Source: Fonticula alba ATCC 38817 (taxonomy: Eukaryota > Protista > Nucleariida). Taken from it: a DNA stretch of 46,661 nt. The position numbers were made by a program, and so were the translations under genes. How positions within the stretch are numbered: position 1 is the stretch's first letter; every line of letters starts with the position of its first letter. Below the pieces are notes generated by a model. That model was not told where the DNA came from. It saw nothing but the letters and a program-made list of their open reading frames with translations, and did not search any database. The stretch lies in assembly GCA_000388065.2 (NCBI GenBank), contig KB932202.1; one strand, given 5' to 3'. Below are positions 35,589 through 45,380 of this stretch, piece after piece.

Positions 35589-36469
35589 CGGGGCGGGGGC
35601 AAGGGCACACGCATGCCGGGCTGGCGGCGACGCACTCGAGCAGCTGTCGGTTCTCCTGCTCCAGGGACCGGAGGGTGCGATTGCTTTCCAGTAACCGGGC
35701 GGAGGACTCCCGCTGTGGCGTATCGGCATACAGGTTAGTGTCGTGGCATGCACACACACACACACACACACACACGCTCACCCCGCGGGCTTGGAGCGGC
35801 AGCAGCTCCCACAGGCAAGAGGGCACGCACAATGAAGGTCGAAAGGGCCTCCGGGTCGTGGAAGGGGATGCCATGGTGTCGGGGCACGCTCAGCGACATG
35901 AGCACCGACTCGATGCTGAGCCAACCCAGAGAGGGGGAGAGAGAGAGGGAAGATTGGCGGGACAGCCCATGCCAGGGCGCCAAAAAAAAAAAAAGGGACC
36001 AGCGTCAGTCGACGTACGTGGGCCACTGGCCGGCACAGGGCCATCATCCCACACAAGCCGGAGGCCAGCGACAAATGGCGAAGAGAAAGGCAGCGAGCCA
36101 AGCAGGCACGTACAGGCCAAGGAGGCTGGTCAGCCGCTGGCGCACAATGGGTCCGCCGCGGACGGACTTCTCCACGATCAAGCTGCGCGACAGTGTCAGA
36201 CAAGGCGCAAACCCCCACCCCCCGCCCCCCAACGCAAACATGCGATCAACCATCAGGGCGCACTCGGTCAAGGAAGTCAGCAGAAGCATGAAGTCGCGCC
36301 GGATGGCCGGGTGGAGAGGCTGATTGCTGGTGGAGGCTCCGGCATTCTGTGGCCGGAATTCCGTCGGGCGGAACGCCAGCCGCCGGAGCCAGGCGTCGCG
36401 GCCCTGGTCGACCAGCGAAATGGGAAGCGGCCCGCCCGCGAGGCGATCATCACCGGCGGAATTCACCAT
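34844..36469 (-). CDS. Six-exon coiled-coil protein (~300 aa), possibly kinetochore protein Mis12/Mtw1
   Basis: Model complement(join(34844..35200,35390..35480,35636..35712,35831..35915,36114..36182,36240..36469)); phases are consistent and donors are mostly GTGCGT/GTACGT. Weak Mis12-like pattern: RLAFRP ~ FFGFTP; LTECALMVDRIL ~ LFEVMQAVEQVI; LSVPRHHGIPFHD ~ LRIPSNILLPED; then a coiled coil. The gene is well supported, the family call is weak. Confidence 0.7.
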
Positions 36470-37441
36470 AGCCCACACAGCGAGGGACGAGGGAAGGGAA
36501 GCAAGACACACACACACACACACACACACACGCGCAGAGGTCGAGCGAGTCAGGCGGGGGAGGGGAGGGCGGGCGCGGAAAGCGGCAAAAGGGGTGCGGC
36601 GTTATTTCCCGGGCCGCGTCCGTGCGGCGCGCCCTCGCCCCGGGGCCCCATCAATGCCGCTCTGGTAGATCGCGCCAACGGCGGCAGGCCGATCGGCTGT
36701 GTGTCCCTGTGCGATGTCCCTCCGCTCGAGCGCAAGCATGTGCCCCCCCTCCCCAGCCGCCAATGCTTGGGTGAATGCCCTGACCCCGAGGCATCCTCGG
36801 CTGCGGTCCCCGCCCACATTGGCCGATGCTCCGGCACCCCTGTCTCTTCCATGCCCCCTCCCCCCTCCCCCCCTGGTGGACATTCGTGTGTTGCTGCCTG
36901 CTCGCGCGTTGTCAGATCCCGACCGAGGATCACGCCTCGGCGCTTCACTCGGACGACAGATCACGCGGACACCCTAGATGACACCTCGCCCCTCGGCCCG
37001 CCCCCACTCCCCCCTGGCTCCCCAGCGAATAGATACGTCTTGTGCCCAATGCCGCCGCCCCGGCCAGGACCTCCAGCGGTTGTTCCTCGTTGCTCGGCGA
37101 CGGGCCACGGCGGTTGCCAGCCGATCGGCTTTTGATCGTGGACCGCTTTCTCCAGGCCCGTCCTCGCGTCTCCCCCCCCCTCCCCCCCCACCTCGCCGAG
37201 GTGCCCGGGCCGGTGATCTTCACGAGCGCGACCAGAAAAGGGCCCGCACAAGGCTGGGCCCGGTGTTGTCCCTCCAGCAGCCCCCCTGTTTCCTGGCTCT
37301 TGCCACCCCCTCCCCCCTCCCCCCTCCCCCCTAACACCCTCGCCTGCCCCTGCCCCTGCCCCTGCCCCTGCCCTCTGTTCTGTCTGTCCGTCTCTTTTTT
37401 GTCCCCGCTCGCTTCCCCTGTCCTCCTGCCCTCGTGTCACC

Positions 37442-38183
37442 ATGGAGTTCGTTCGCCAGCGCGTCTATGAGCCGGTGCGCAAGGCTCTCAGCTCGGGGAT
37501 CACCCCTCACGGCCTGGCCCTGGCAACGGCCTTCGCCTTCTCCGGCGGCATGGTACGCCCGCCGACCGGGTCCCCCCTTTTGCTGTCCTCCTCGTTCCCC
37601 CCACGCTGGGCCCCTTTCCCACACCGCCTCCTGACGGCCCCCTGTCGCGAGCAGTTCCCCGTGCCCGGCACCACGACCTTCGTGTGTCTCTTCTTCACGC
37701 TGCTGTTCAAGCTGAATGGCGCCATCGTCCAGGGTGCGTCCTTTGTGCGGCTTTGCCGGCACCCCGCCCCCCCCCCCGCCTTGCCCCATCTGGTCCGGTG
37801 TTGCTGACATCGCGCCGCCGGCCCCCGCCGCGCGGTCCCGTGCATGGCCGACCACGCGCCCAGTCGTCAACCTCCTCCTGACCCCGGTGGGCTTCATGAT
37901 GCTGCCGGTGTTCATCAATCTCGGGGGGATGCTGATCCCGGCGCCGGCCGGCTCCGACGGCGGGGTCCCCTCCTCCGGGCAGCTGCTGGCCCTTGTGTGG
38001 AAGGCCCTCAGCAGCCTGGACCCGGGGCCACTGAAGCCGGTGTTCGGGGCCTTCGCCGGGGCCGTGGCCGCTTGGTTCCTGGCGGTTCCCTTCATGACGG
38101 CCTGCGTGTATTTGCTCACGCGGCCGGTGTTCGGGTACTTCCTGCGCGACCGGGCCGGTGGCACCAAGCGCAAGCACCTATGA
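37442..38183 (+). CDS. DUF2062-like multi-pass membrane protein (short form, ~169 aa, ends ...GGTKRKHL*)
   Basis: Model join(37442..37552,37655..37733,37864..38183). Pattern GITPHGLALATAFAFSGGMFPVPGTTT...LNGAIVQVVNLLLTP...FINLG matches the remembered DUF2062 signature (TP..LA...A.G...G.FP..G..T...N....Q..N.L..P). Has 3-4 hydrophobic segments. Confidence 0.75.
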
Positions 38184-38187
38184 CTAG
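38181..38187 (+). other. Candidate programmed stop-codon readthrough signal TGA-CTA-G
   Basis: Sequence reads CAC CTA TGA CTA GCT CGG. UGA-CUAG is the established high-efficiency readthrough context, and the frame stays open for 310 codons downstream. Confidence 0.65.
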
Positions 38188-39116
38188 CTCGGCTGGAGCG
38201 TCTCCTTCGGCGGCACTGGCGCCGGGTTCACCGGCCCTTGGTGGCCTGGCTGCCGGGGCCTTTGCGGCGTCGGGCCGTCGGCTGGGCTCCGCTCGGGGGC
38301 AGCCCCCTGTTCGAGGGGGGCCCCGGGGCCGGCACGCCGGCCGAAGAGCTGGACCTGGGGGCTCTCGGTGGCTCTGAGTACCCGGCCTTCTCGTCGGCGG
38401 CCCTGCCGCGCGCGACGGAGCATGCCCCCGGACCCCCGGGCGCACCTCTCCTCGGCCAGCAGTACTACCACCAGCACCAGCACCAGCACCAGCAACAGTA
38501 CCAGATGGCCCCGCTCCAGCATCCTCACTCCGGTCCTCGAGCGTCCGGAGACTCCCTCCAGCCGGCCTTCAGCTGTGACCTTTCGGTTGGGGCCTCCTCC
38601 GCGTCGACGCTGGCCCTGGCCGCCGGCGAGCCGGGATCTGGCGGCCCCAAGCCCGGCGCCTGGCCACCTGGCGCCACGCCCACCGCACATACCTACAACA
38701 CCCCGTGGAGCTCACCGCCGGTGGGGGCCAATCCCCCTGTGGCCGGGTCCCTGGCAGCCGGCCGGCCATTGGCCACGATGCAGGACACGCCGGCCATCTC
38801 CAGCGTGGACCTGTCCTCGTCCGGCCTGCCGACAGGGGTCCTGCTGCCGGGGTTCGGCGGTGCCACGCCCGCCCCGCCGGCCGATCCCTCGGGCAAAGCG
38901 TCCCTCCTCTCGCGGCTGCCCCCCTCCTTGGGCCAGGCCGCCCTTCCTCTTCACGCCAATGGGTCCCTCCTCCCGGGCACTTCCTCGGTATTGCCGACGG
39001 CCTCCCTAGATCTCCACCACCACCATCATCACTCCCAGTCGCAAGCGAAGGCGCCACAGGCCGCCTCCTCGGATGCCCCGGTCTCGCCGGTCTCCTTCTC
39101 GCCTGTCGTCCTCTAG
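38184..39116 (+). CDS. In-frame 310-codon extension directly after the DUF2062-like stop (putative readthrough isoform tail)
   Basis: Same frame as the upstream CDS and open to TAG 39114-39116. Composition is coding-like (YYHQHQHQHQQQYQ, HHHHHH, Pro/Ala/Ser-rich), as in other exons here. It has no polypyrimidine acceptor or ATG at its 5' end. Confidence 0.6.
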   Translation, partial: LARLERLLRRHWRRVHRPLVAWLPGPLRRRAVGWAPLGGSPLFEGGPGAGTPAEELDLGALGGSEYPAFSSAALPRATEHAPGPPGAPLLGQQYYHQHQHQHQQQYQMAPLQHPHSGPRASGDSLQPAFSCDLSVGASSASTLALAAGEPGSGGPKPGAWPPGATPTAHTYNTPWSSPPVGANPPVAGSLAAGRPLATMQDTPAISSVDLSSSGLPTGVLLPGFGGATPAPPADPSGKASLLSRLPPSLGQAALPLHANGSLLPGTSSVLPTASLDLHHHHHHSQSQAKAPQAASSDAPVSPVSFSPVVL

Positions 39117-39831
39117 GCGCGCGCGCGCGTGCGCCCCTCCGCCCCCCCCCCCCCCTACATACCCGCGCTCTGCGCCGCCCCAGAATAAACACCCTCCTAA
39201 AGGCAGACGCCGGCCACGCAGCGCATGTCCCGAGACAGGGGAGGACCGACGGGGGCCGGTGGCGAGGGACCGAAGGCGAAGCCAGCCCAGGGGGCGCCGG
39301 GGCCGGGGACACTGTGCCAGACGCCGTGGTCATTGGGACCCCCTCCCCGGAGGCAGCCGCCAAGAGGACAGTGCATCAAGGTGCGCGGGACAACACCGCC
39401 AGGGCGGCGACACTGGCGGCCGGACACCGGGGGCAGGCGGAAGCAGCACCGGATGGAGCACGCGCCGGCGTGCACCCCCCCCCCCGCCCCCCGGCCCGGA
39501 GCGGCCCCTCCCTCGTCCGGCGCCGGTGCCCGAGAAGGCCCATGCTTCCGTTGGCAGTCGGGCGATCGGCCCCCAGATCGCGACCTCGCGGCTCGGCCGC
39601 CGGCATCCTCCGGCCGCCGCCCCTCCGGGGGACAAAGAGGGCTGGCGCGGACACAGGAGGGGCCGCTCCGGGCGCTTCGCCGGCTGCGGCTGCGGGCACA
39701 GTAGCATTCATTGCCTTGCCTCGCCCCTGCCCTTTCCCTCGGCCTCCCCTTCCCTCCCCCCCCCCGCCCCCTCCCTGGCCCCTTGGCCTGCCTCTCCCGT
39801 CCCTCGCGTCCTGCCCCCGCCCCCCTCACCC

Positions 39832-42800
39832 ATGGGCGACACCATGGCGAGGCCGTACGTGCCGCAGGAGTCCCGGCCGATGGACGCGGCCCAGGTCCTG
39901 CCCTTGCGCTCGCTCACCCTGCACCTGGTGGGGTTCGATCTGTCCCGCGCGGCGTGGCTGCCGCCCGATTCGTCGGCCGTGTCTGGGTCTCACATGCAGC
40001 CGGGTGCCCGCGTGGCCGGGGTCCCGGTGGGCGATCGCACGCAGCTGGACCTGGAGGCTACGCGCCACCTGGCCGGGCTGTCGTTCCTCCTGGCGGAGGT
40101 CCGCCTGCTGGAGCTGACGGCTCTTAGCCAGCTTGGCGGGGTGTTCATCCGCCAGGGGACGCGTTTGCACCTGGCGGGCCGTGCGGGGGTCCGCGTGCGC
40201 GTCGAATGCCGGGCACTGGTTCCGCTGTGTGCCGACGTGCCTGCGGCCGACCTCCGTCCCTGGTGCGCGGTGGTTTCCTCCACGGCCGTGTATGTGGAAG
40301 CCCCCCTGGGGGGCCTGCCCAGTGGCTTCGGCGCTGGGCCCCAGGGCCCGGCGGCCGCCGGCGCTCCCCGGGCCCCGGTGAGCCTGGCTCGGCAGGACTC
40401 CCTCTGGCTGGATGCCGGGGCGTGGCTTGGGCGGCTGTGTCCCGGGGTCTTCCACGGCCAGGGAGGCGCCCTGGCCGCGGTGACCGGCTACTGCTCGGGC
40501 TCCCTGGCCGGGGTCCCGGGCAGTCCGGCCCCCGGGCCGGTTCTCGTGTCCGGCCCGGCCGGCTGTGGCAAGACGTCACTCTGTGTTTGGGCCGGCTCCG
40601 GGGCCGGGGCCAAGGGGGCCGAGCCCGAGGGCGATGCCTGTGGCAGCGGCTCCCACGCGGCGGCCCCCCGGCGGGTGATGCTTCTCAGCCCGTGGGACAG
40701 CCCGGATCGACTGGTTGGCCAACTCACCCGGTTGGCCGGGTGGCTGGCGGCCGTCGGGCCCGGCAGTTCGGCCGTCCGGGCGACGCTGGTCCTGGATAAC
40801 TTGGATGGCTCGGACTTGGCACCGGCCCCCGGGGCACGGTCGCCGCTGCCGGCCATTCTCTTTGGCTTTGTCAACCGCCTGTTGACCACGCATGGGCCGG
40901 CCCTGCAGGTGCTTGGGGCTTGTCGCGACCCGGCCCGGGTGCCGGCTTCGCTGGCCCGTCTTTTCGAGGTGCGTCTCTCTCTCTCTCTCTCTCTCTCTAT
41001 GCTGGGCGAGGGCGGGCACCAGAGGGGGGGGGCGGGGGGCGGGGGGCGGCGGATGGCCCGCTGGGGCCTGGCTCAGCCTCCCGCCCGCCCCTGCGGGCAT
41101 GTCCCCCGTTGGCTTGGAGGGGCCATGTGCTAACATGGCGCCCGTGCGTTAGACCTCGGTGGCGGTGCCTCCCCTGACGGATGCCGCGCGCCGGGCCATC
41201 GGTGTGGCGCTCGCCCAGTGGGCCCCCCTACGCGGGGTGTGTCTCGAAGTGCGGCAGCCGGCGGATCCGGCCGCCATCGGGGCCTTTGTGGCGGCCGAGC
41301 TCCGGTCACATGCGGTGGCCGACGTGCTGGCGGTCTTCCGCCAGGCGTTGCTGCACCATGACGGGGCCCTGCCCCCGGCGGCCGGCGCCTACCAGGTTGC
41401 GTCGCTGTCGGCGGCTGGCCGGGCCGGGAGCTCGTCCTCCACCCGGGAGCTCTTCACCCTGGTCGAGCCTGGCACCGCCAGCTGGGCCGATCTCGGTGGC
41501 GTGGACCTGCTGCGCCAGCGCCTCGAGGAGGCCATTGTCCAGCCGATGCTCCACGCCCCGGGCCAGGGGTCCCTCTCACCCCTGGCGGCACTGGCCTACT
41601 CCAGCGGCATGGGGGTCGTTCTGTGCGTAAGCCGGCCATCTTCGCTTGCCCTGGGCATTTTGCGTCGCTCGGTATTCACCTCCTTCTTTGCCATGGGCCT
41701 TTTGGCTGGGGTTTGCCCCCTTCCCCCGCGCATATACACGTACATATGTGTGCATACATGTGCGTATGCACGCATGTATGCACGCATGTATGCACGCACG
41801 TATGCACGCATGTATGCACGCACGTCTGCACGCACGTCTGCACGCATGTATGCACGCATGTNNNNNNNNNNNNNNNNNNNNNNNNNNNNNNNNNNNNNNN
41901 NNNNNNNNNNNNNNNNNNNNNNNNNNNNNNNNNNNNNNNNNNNNNNNNNNNNNNNNNNNNNNNNNNNNNNNNNNNNNNNNNNNNNNNNNNNNNNNNNNNN
42001 NNNNNNNNNNNNNNNNNNNNNNNNNNNNNNNNNNNNNNNNNNNNNNNNNNNNNNNNNNNNNNNNNNNNNNNNNNNNNNNNNNNNNNNNNNNNNNNNNNNN
42101 NNNNNNNNNNNNNNNNNNNNNNNNNNNNNNNNNNNNNNNNNNNNNNNNNNNNNNNNNNNNNNNNNNNNNNNNNNNNNNNNNNNNNNNNNNNNNNNNNNNN
42201 NNNNNNNNNNNNNNNNNNNNNNNNNNNNNNNNNNNNNNNNNNNNNNNNNNNNNNNNNNNNNNNNNNNNNNNNNNNNNNNNNNNNNNNNNNNNNNNNNNNN
42301 NNCCCCCCCCCCCCCTCTCTCTCTCTCTCTTAGACACGGCCCCCCCGGAACGGGAAAGACGCATCTCGCGCGAGCGGCAGCCGCCGCCGCCGGGGCCAGC
42401 ATCATCTCCTTGTCGGCTGCGTCGATGGCGCGTGCGCATGTCGGCGAGTTGGAGGCCTCAGTCCGGCAGGTCCTGGCGGCCGCGCGCGAGGCAGCACCCT
42501 GCATCGTCCTGGTGGATGAGATTGACGCCCTGGTCGGGCGGGCCGATGCCGGTGCGGAGGACGCGGGAGCCCCCGGGGACGAGCTGCTCCTGGCGTCGCT
42601 GCTGGCCGAGCTGGATCAGTTGGCTGATGTCGCGGCCTCGGTGCGCATCATCGCCACCACCAACCACCTTCCTTGGCTGGACGCGCGGCTCCTCCGACCC
42701 GGGCGCCTGGATGTCCAACTGGAGGTCCCCCTACCGGACCATGCTGCGCGAATGGAGATCATCGGTGCGAGGCCTGCTTCCCCCTGTCGCTCCTCCCTTG

Positions 42801-43543
42801 ACCCTTTTCGCCTCTTTCCCGTCCCCATCTTCCCCCCTTTCCGCCCATCCGCCCACTAACACACACACACACACACAGAGCTTCTCCTGCGAAAGATTCC
42901 CCTCGCTGCCGGCCTTGACTTGTCGCTCGAGTTCCTTTGGAGCCTGGCCGACCAATGTGAGGGCTTCTCCGGGGCGGAGCTGGTCAACCTCACCCGGCAG
43001 GCGACCAATGCGGCCCTCTCGCGGCTTCTCTCCCAAGAGCAAGACACCCCCGATGGTGGTGCGGATGAGGAGGTACGCATGGCTTCCCTGGAGCCCGTTC
43101 ATCTGTCCCTCCGCAGCGCATTCACCCGAGCATGCTCCTCTGTTGCTCCGGCCAACCCCCCTGGCCGGCAGATTGCCATCCATGCCGCCGACATTGAGGC
43201 CGCACTCTCTTCGCTGGTGGCCGCACGCCCCGGCCCCCCTGGCCACTGCTGGCCCGCCGAGCCGGCGTACGACGAGTCCCCCTCGACCGACGACACCCCC
43301 ACGGGCGCCTCGTCAGCCGGCGACACCCCGGCCGTCCCGGAGCAGCCGTTTGTCTTCCGGCCACTGGCTTCGGCTGAGCCCACTGGCGCCGGGGCATCCA
43401 TGCAGCCGGCCCACGGCGGGACTGCCAATGGGCCGCCGGTCGCTCTCCCGTCGGTTGGCCCGGCCGCCGATCGGCGCGCCAGTGACACCGACACAACTCC
43501 ACCCCCGGCGGCTCCCTTCGTGTTCAAGCCTCTCGGACGGTAG
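39832..43543 (+). CDS. Tandem AAA+ ATPase of the CDC48/AFG2 group (SPATA5L1/AFG2B-like)
   Basis: Model join(39832..40968,41153..41622,42334..42764,42879..43072,43172..43543); intron 43073-43171 is in frame and inferred. D1: SGPAGCGKT and LVLDNLD. D2: WADLGG, VVLHGPPGTGKT, HVGELE, IVLVDEID, IIATTN..LDARLLRPGRLD, EGFSGAEL. Confidence 0.85.
41762..41861 (+). repeat. Intronic 12-nt tandem repeat (TGCACGCATGTA and variants) running into an assembly gap
   Basis: About 8 imperfect copies directly before the N run at 41862. Confidence 0.85.
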
Positions 43544-44024
43544 CCCATCTACTCCGTCAGAACGGTGCTACAATATACGACCATATCACGTGCACCGGGA
43601 TTGTGGGGTGCAGGAGTGAGCTGTAGCGCCAAGTGCAGCCCCCGTGGTGCGTCGTCCTGGAGGGGGGGGGGGAGGGGGGGTATGCGGGAGGGCGGGGGGT
43701 GCCTCCCGCGTGCCCGGCCATCGCGCTCTCTGCCTTGGGGTCCGGATGTTGTACCAGCCCCAGCATCGCCACTGGCCCGCAGGCAACATTGCCCGCCGAA
43801 CAGAGTGGCCGAGGCAAAAGAGCCAGCAGCCCACTGTCCTGGCCGCCGCCGATCCGGCATCTCCTTCGTTCACGCATTTGCCACTCGATCCCCGCCGCCG
43901 CTGCTTGACTTTGTGGCACCTTTGTCACGCCCTCGTGTGCCCCCCCCCCCCCCCCCCCCGCCGCTCTCCCCCTTTTTCGTCACGCCCCTTGCTCCGCATC
44001 TCTACATCGCCCGGCCAGGGAAAT

Positions 44025-44770
44025 ATGCTCCACCGGTCCGGACTCTTGACGGCGCGCTTGCCGCTGGCCGCAGCGGGCCAGGCAAGGCCGCGGCCATCGA
44101 TGTTGCCGCGACGCGTGCCGGCCGGAGGGGTGGCCCCCCTTCCACTCGCCGCCGGCCCGGTGTTCGGGGAGTTCGGCGGCGCTCATGCTGGAGGTGTGCT
44201 GGTGCGACGCCATCTGAGCCTTTCTCCATGGAGCGGAGGCAAGAAGCCCCCGACGCCGACATCCGCGCCGACACCCGGCCAGCTTGGGCCCAAGCCCGGT
44301 CCCCTGGGCCGCCTATCATGGTTCTTGGCCTCCGGGGCCGGGAAGCTGGTTCTCGGCTCCGGCAAGAAGGTTGGCTCGATGGCGTACGGGCTGGCCTCGC
44401 GCCTTGTAAAGGGCACCCTCATTGGCGTGGGTCTCTTCCTGGTGGCAAACTGGTGGGTACGTGTAGGGGGCAGTGGCCTCACTGGGGAGAGGTCTCGGGC
44501 GAGGGGGAGCCGGGAGGGGAAAGAAACACACACAGACACACAGACACGCAGACACGCAGACACGCAGACACACAGACAAAGACCCGCCCATAAGCCAGGT
44601 TGCTGACCCCCGGAATTGGCGGCCCCCAGTTCAACAAGGCCCTGGAACGCAAGAAGCAGGAGCTGTACGACCAGTATGTGCCGGAGTTCATCAAAAACAT
44701 GCCAGGCATGCGGGTCCCTTCGGATGGGCAGTCGCCGGTCCAGTCGCAGCCTCAGTCGCAGGATCTGTAA
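44025..44770 (+). CDS. Two-exon single-pass membrane protein with mitochondrial-presequence-like N-terminus (~199 aa), function unknown
   Basis: Model join(44025..44452,44599..44770). The N-terminus is Arg/Leu/Ala-rich and acid-free (MLHRSGLLTARLPLAAAGQARPRPSMLPRR), with hydrophobic segment TLIGVGLFLVANWLL, then FNKALERKKQELYDQYVPEFIKNMPG. Confidence 0.65.
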
Positions 44771-45091
44771 ATGCGCCATTGGTGCATGTGCCTTGGAAAG
44801 GTTGAATACATTCTATGAGAAAAAAAAAGGTAGAAGCAAGAAAAGAGGGGGAGGGCAGTCGAGTCGGCGGGGGCGGGGGCGGGGNNNNNNNNNNNNNNNN
44901 NNNNNNNNNNNNNNNNNNNNNNNNNNNNNNNNNNNNNNNNNNNNNNNNNNNNNNNNNNNNNNNNNNNNNNNNNNNNNNNNNNNNNNNNNNNNNNNNNNNN
45001 NNNNNNNNNNNNNNNNNNNNNNNNNNNNNNNNNNNNNNNNNNNNNNNNNNNNNNNNNNNNNNNNNNNNNGGGGGGGGACAGAGAGTGGTGT

Positions 45092-45097
<6 letters not shown>

Positions 45098-45149
<52 letters not shown>
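45098..45149 (+). repeat. (TG)n microsatellite between two convergent genes
   Basis: Read directly. Confidence 0.9.
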
Positions 45150-45153
<4 letters not shown>

Positions 45154-45380
45154 TAAACTTGGAGGGTATATGTTCAGAGAGCGGGAGCGGAAAAGATGGC
45201 ATGACCCGACTCTGTTCCCCAGTGCCCTCACACAAACACACAAACACACACACACACACACGCGCACAGAGGCTCACCCAGCCCCCAGCCACCCAGTGGC
45301 CCACTCAGGCGCGCCCAAATGTGAAACATCCCAGTGGGGATTTCGCGAGGCAGCATAGACGGACCGACCGAGCGACGCCC

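Noticed and set aside
8363-36469. Apparent cluster of cell-division genes (APC5-like, septin, Mis12-like)
   Set aside because: They are interspersed with unrelated genes, two calls are tentative, and there is no shared regulatory evidence.
38158-38187. Possible 30-nt in-frame GT..AG intron that would remove the TGA and fuse the DUF2062-like CDS to the downstream ORF
   Set aside because: Much shorter than the other introns here (about 55 nt or more), with a poor donor (GTGGCA) and no pyrimidine tract. It is disfavoured but needs RNA-seq to exclude.
38195-38235. Small hairpins after the readthrough codon (GGAG-cgt-CTCC; GCCGG-gttca-CCGGC)
   Set aside because: Stems of 4-5 bp are expected by chance at this GC content; a folding and covariation analysis is needed before calling a stimulatory structure.
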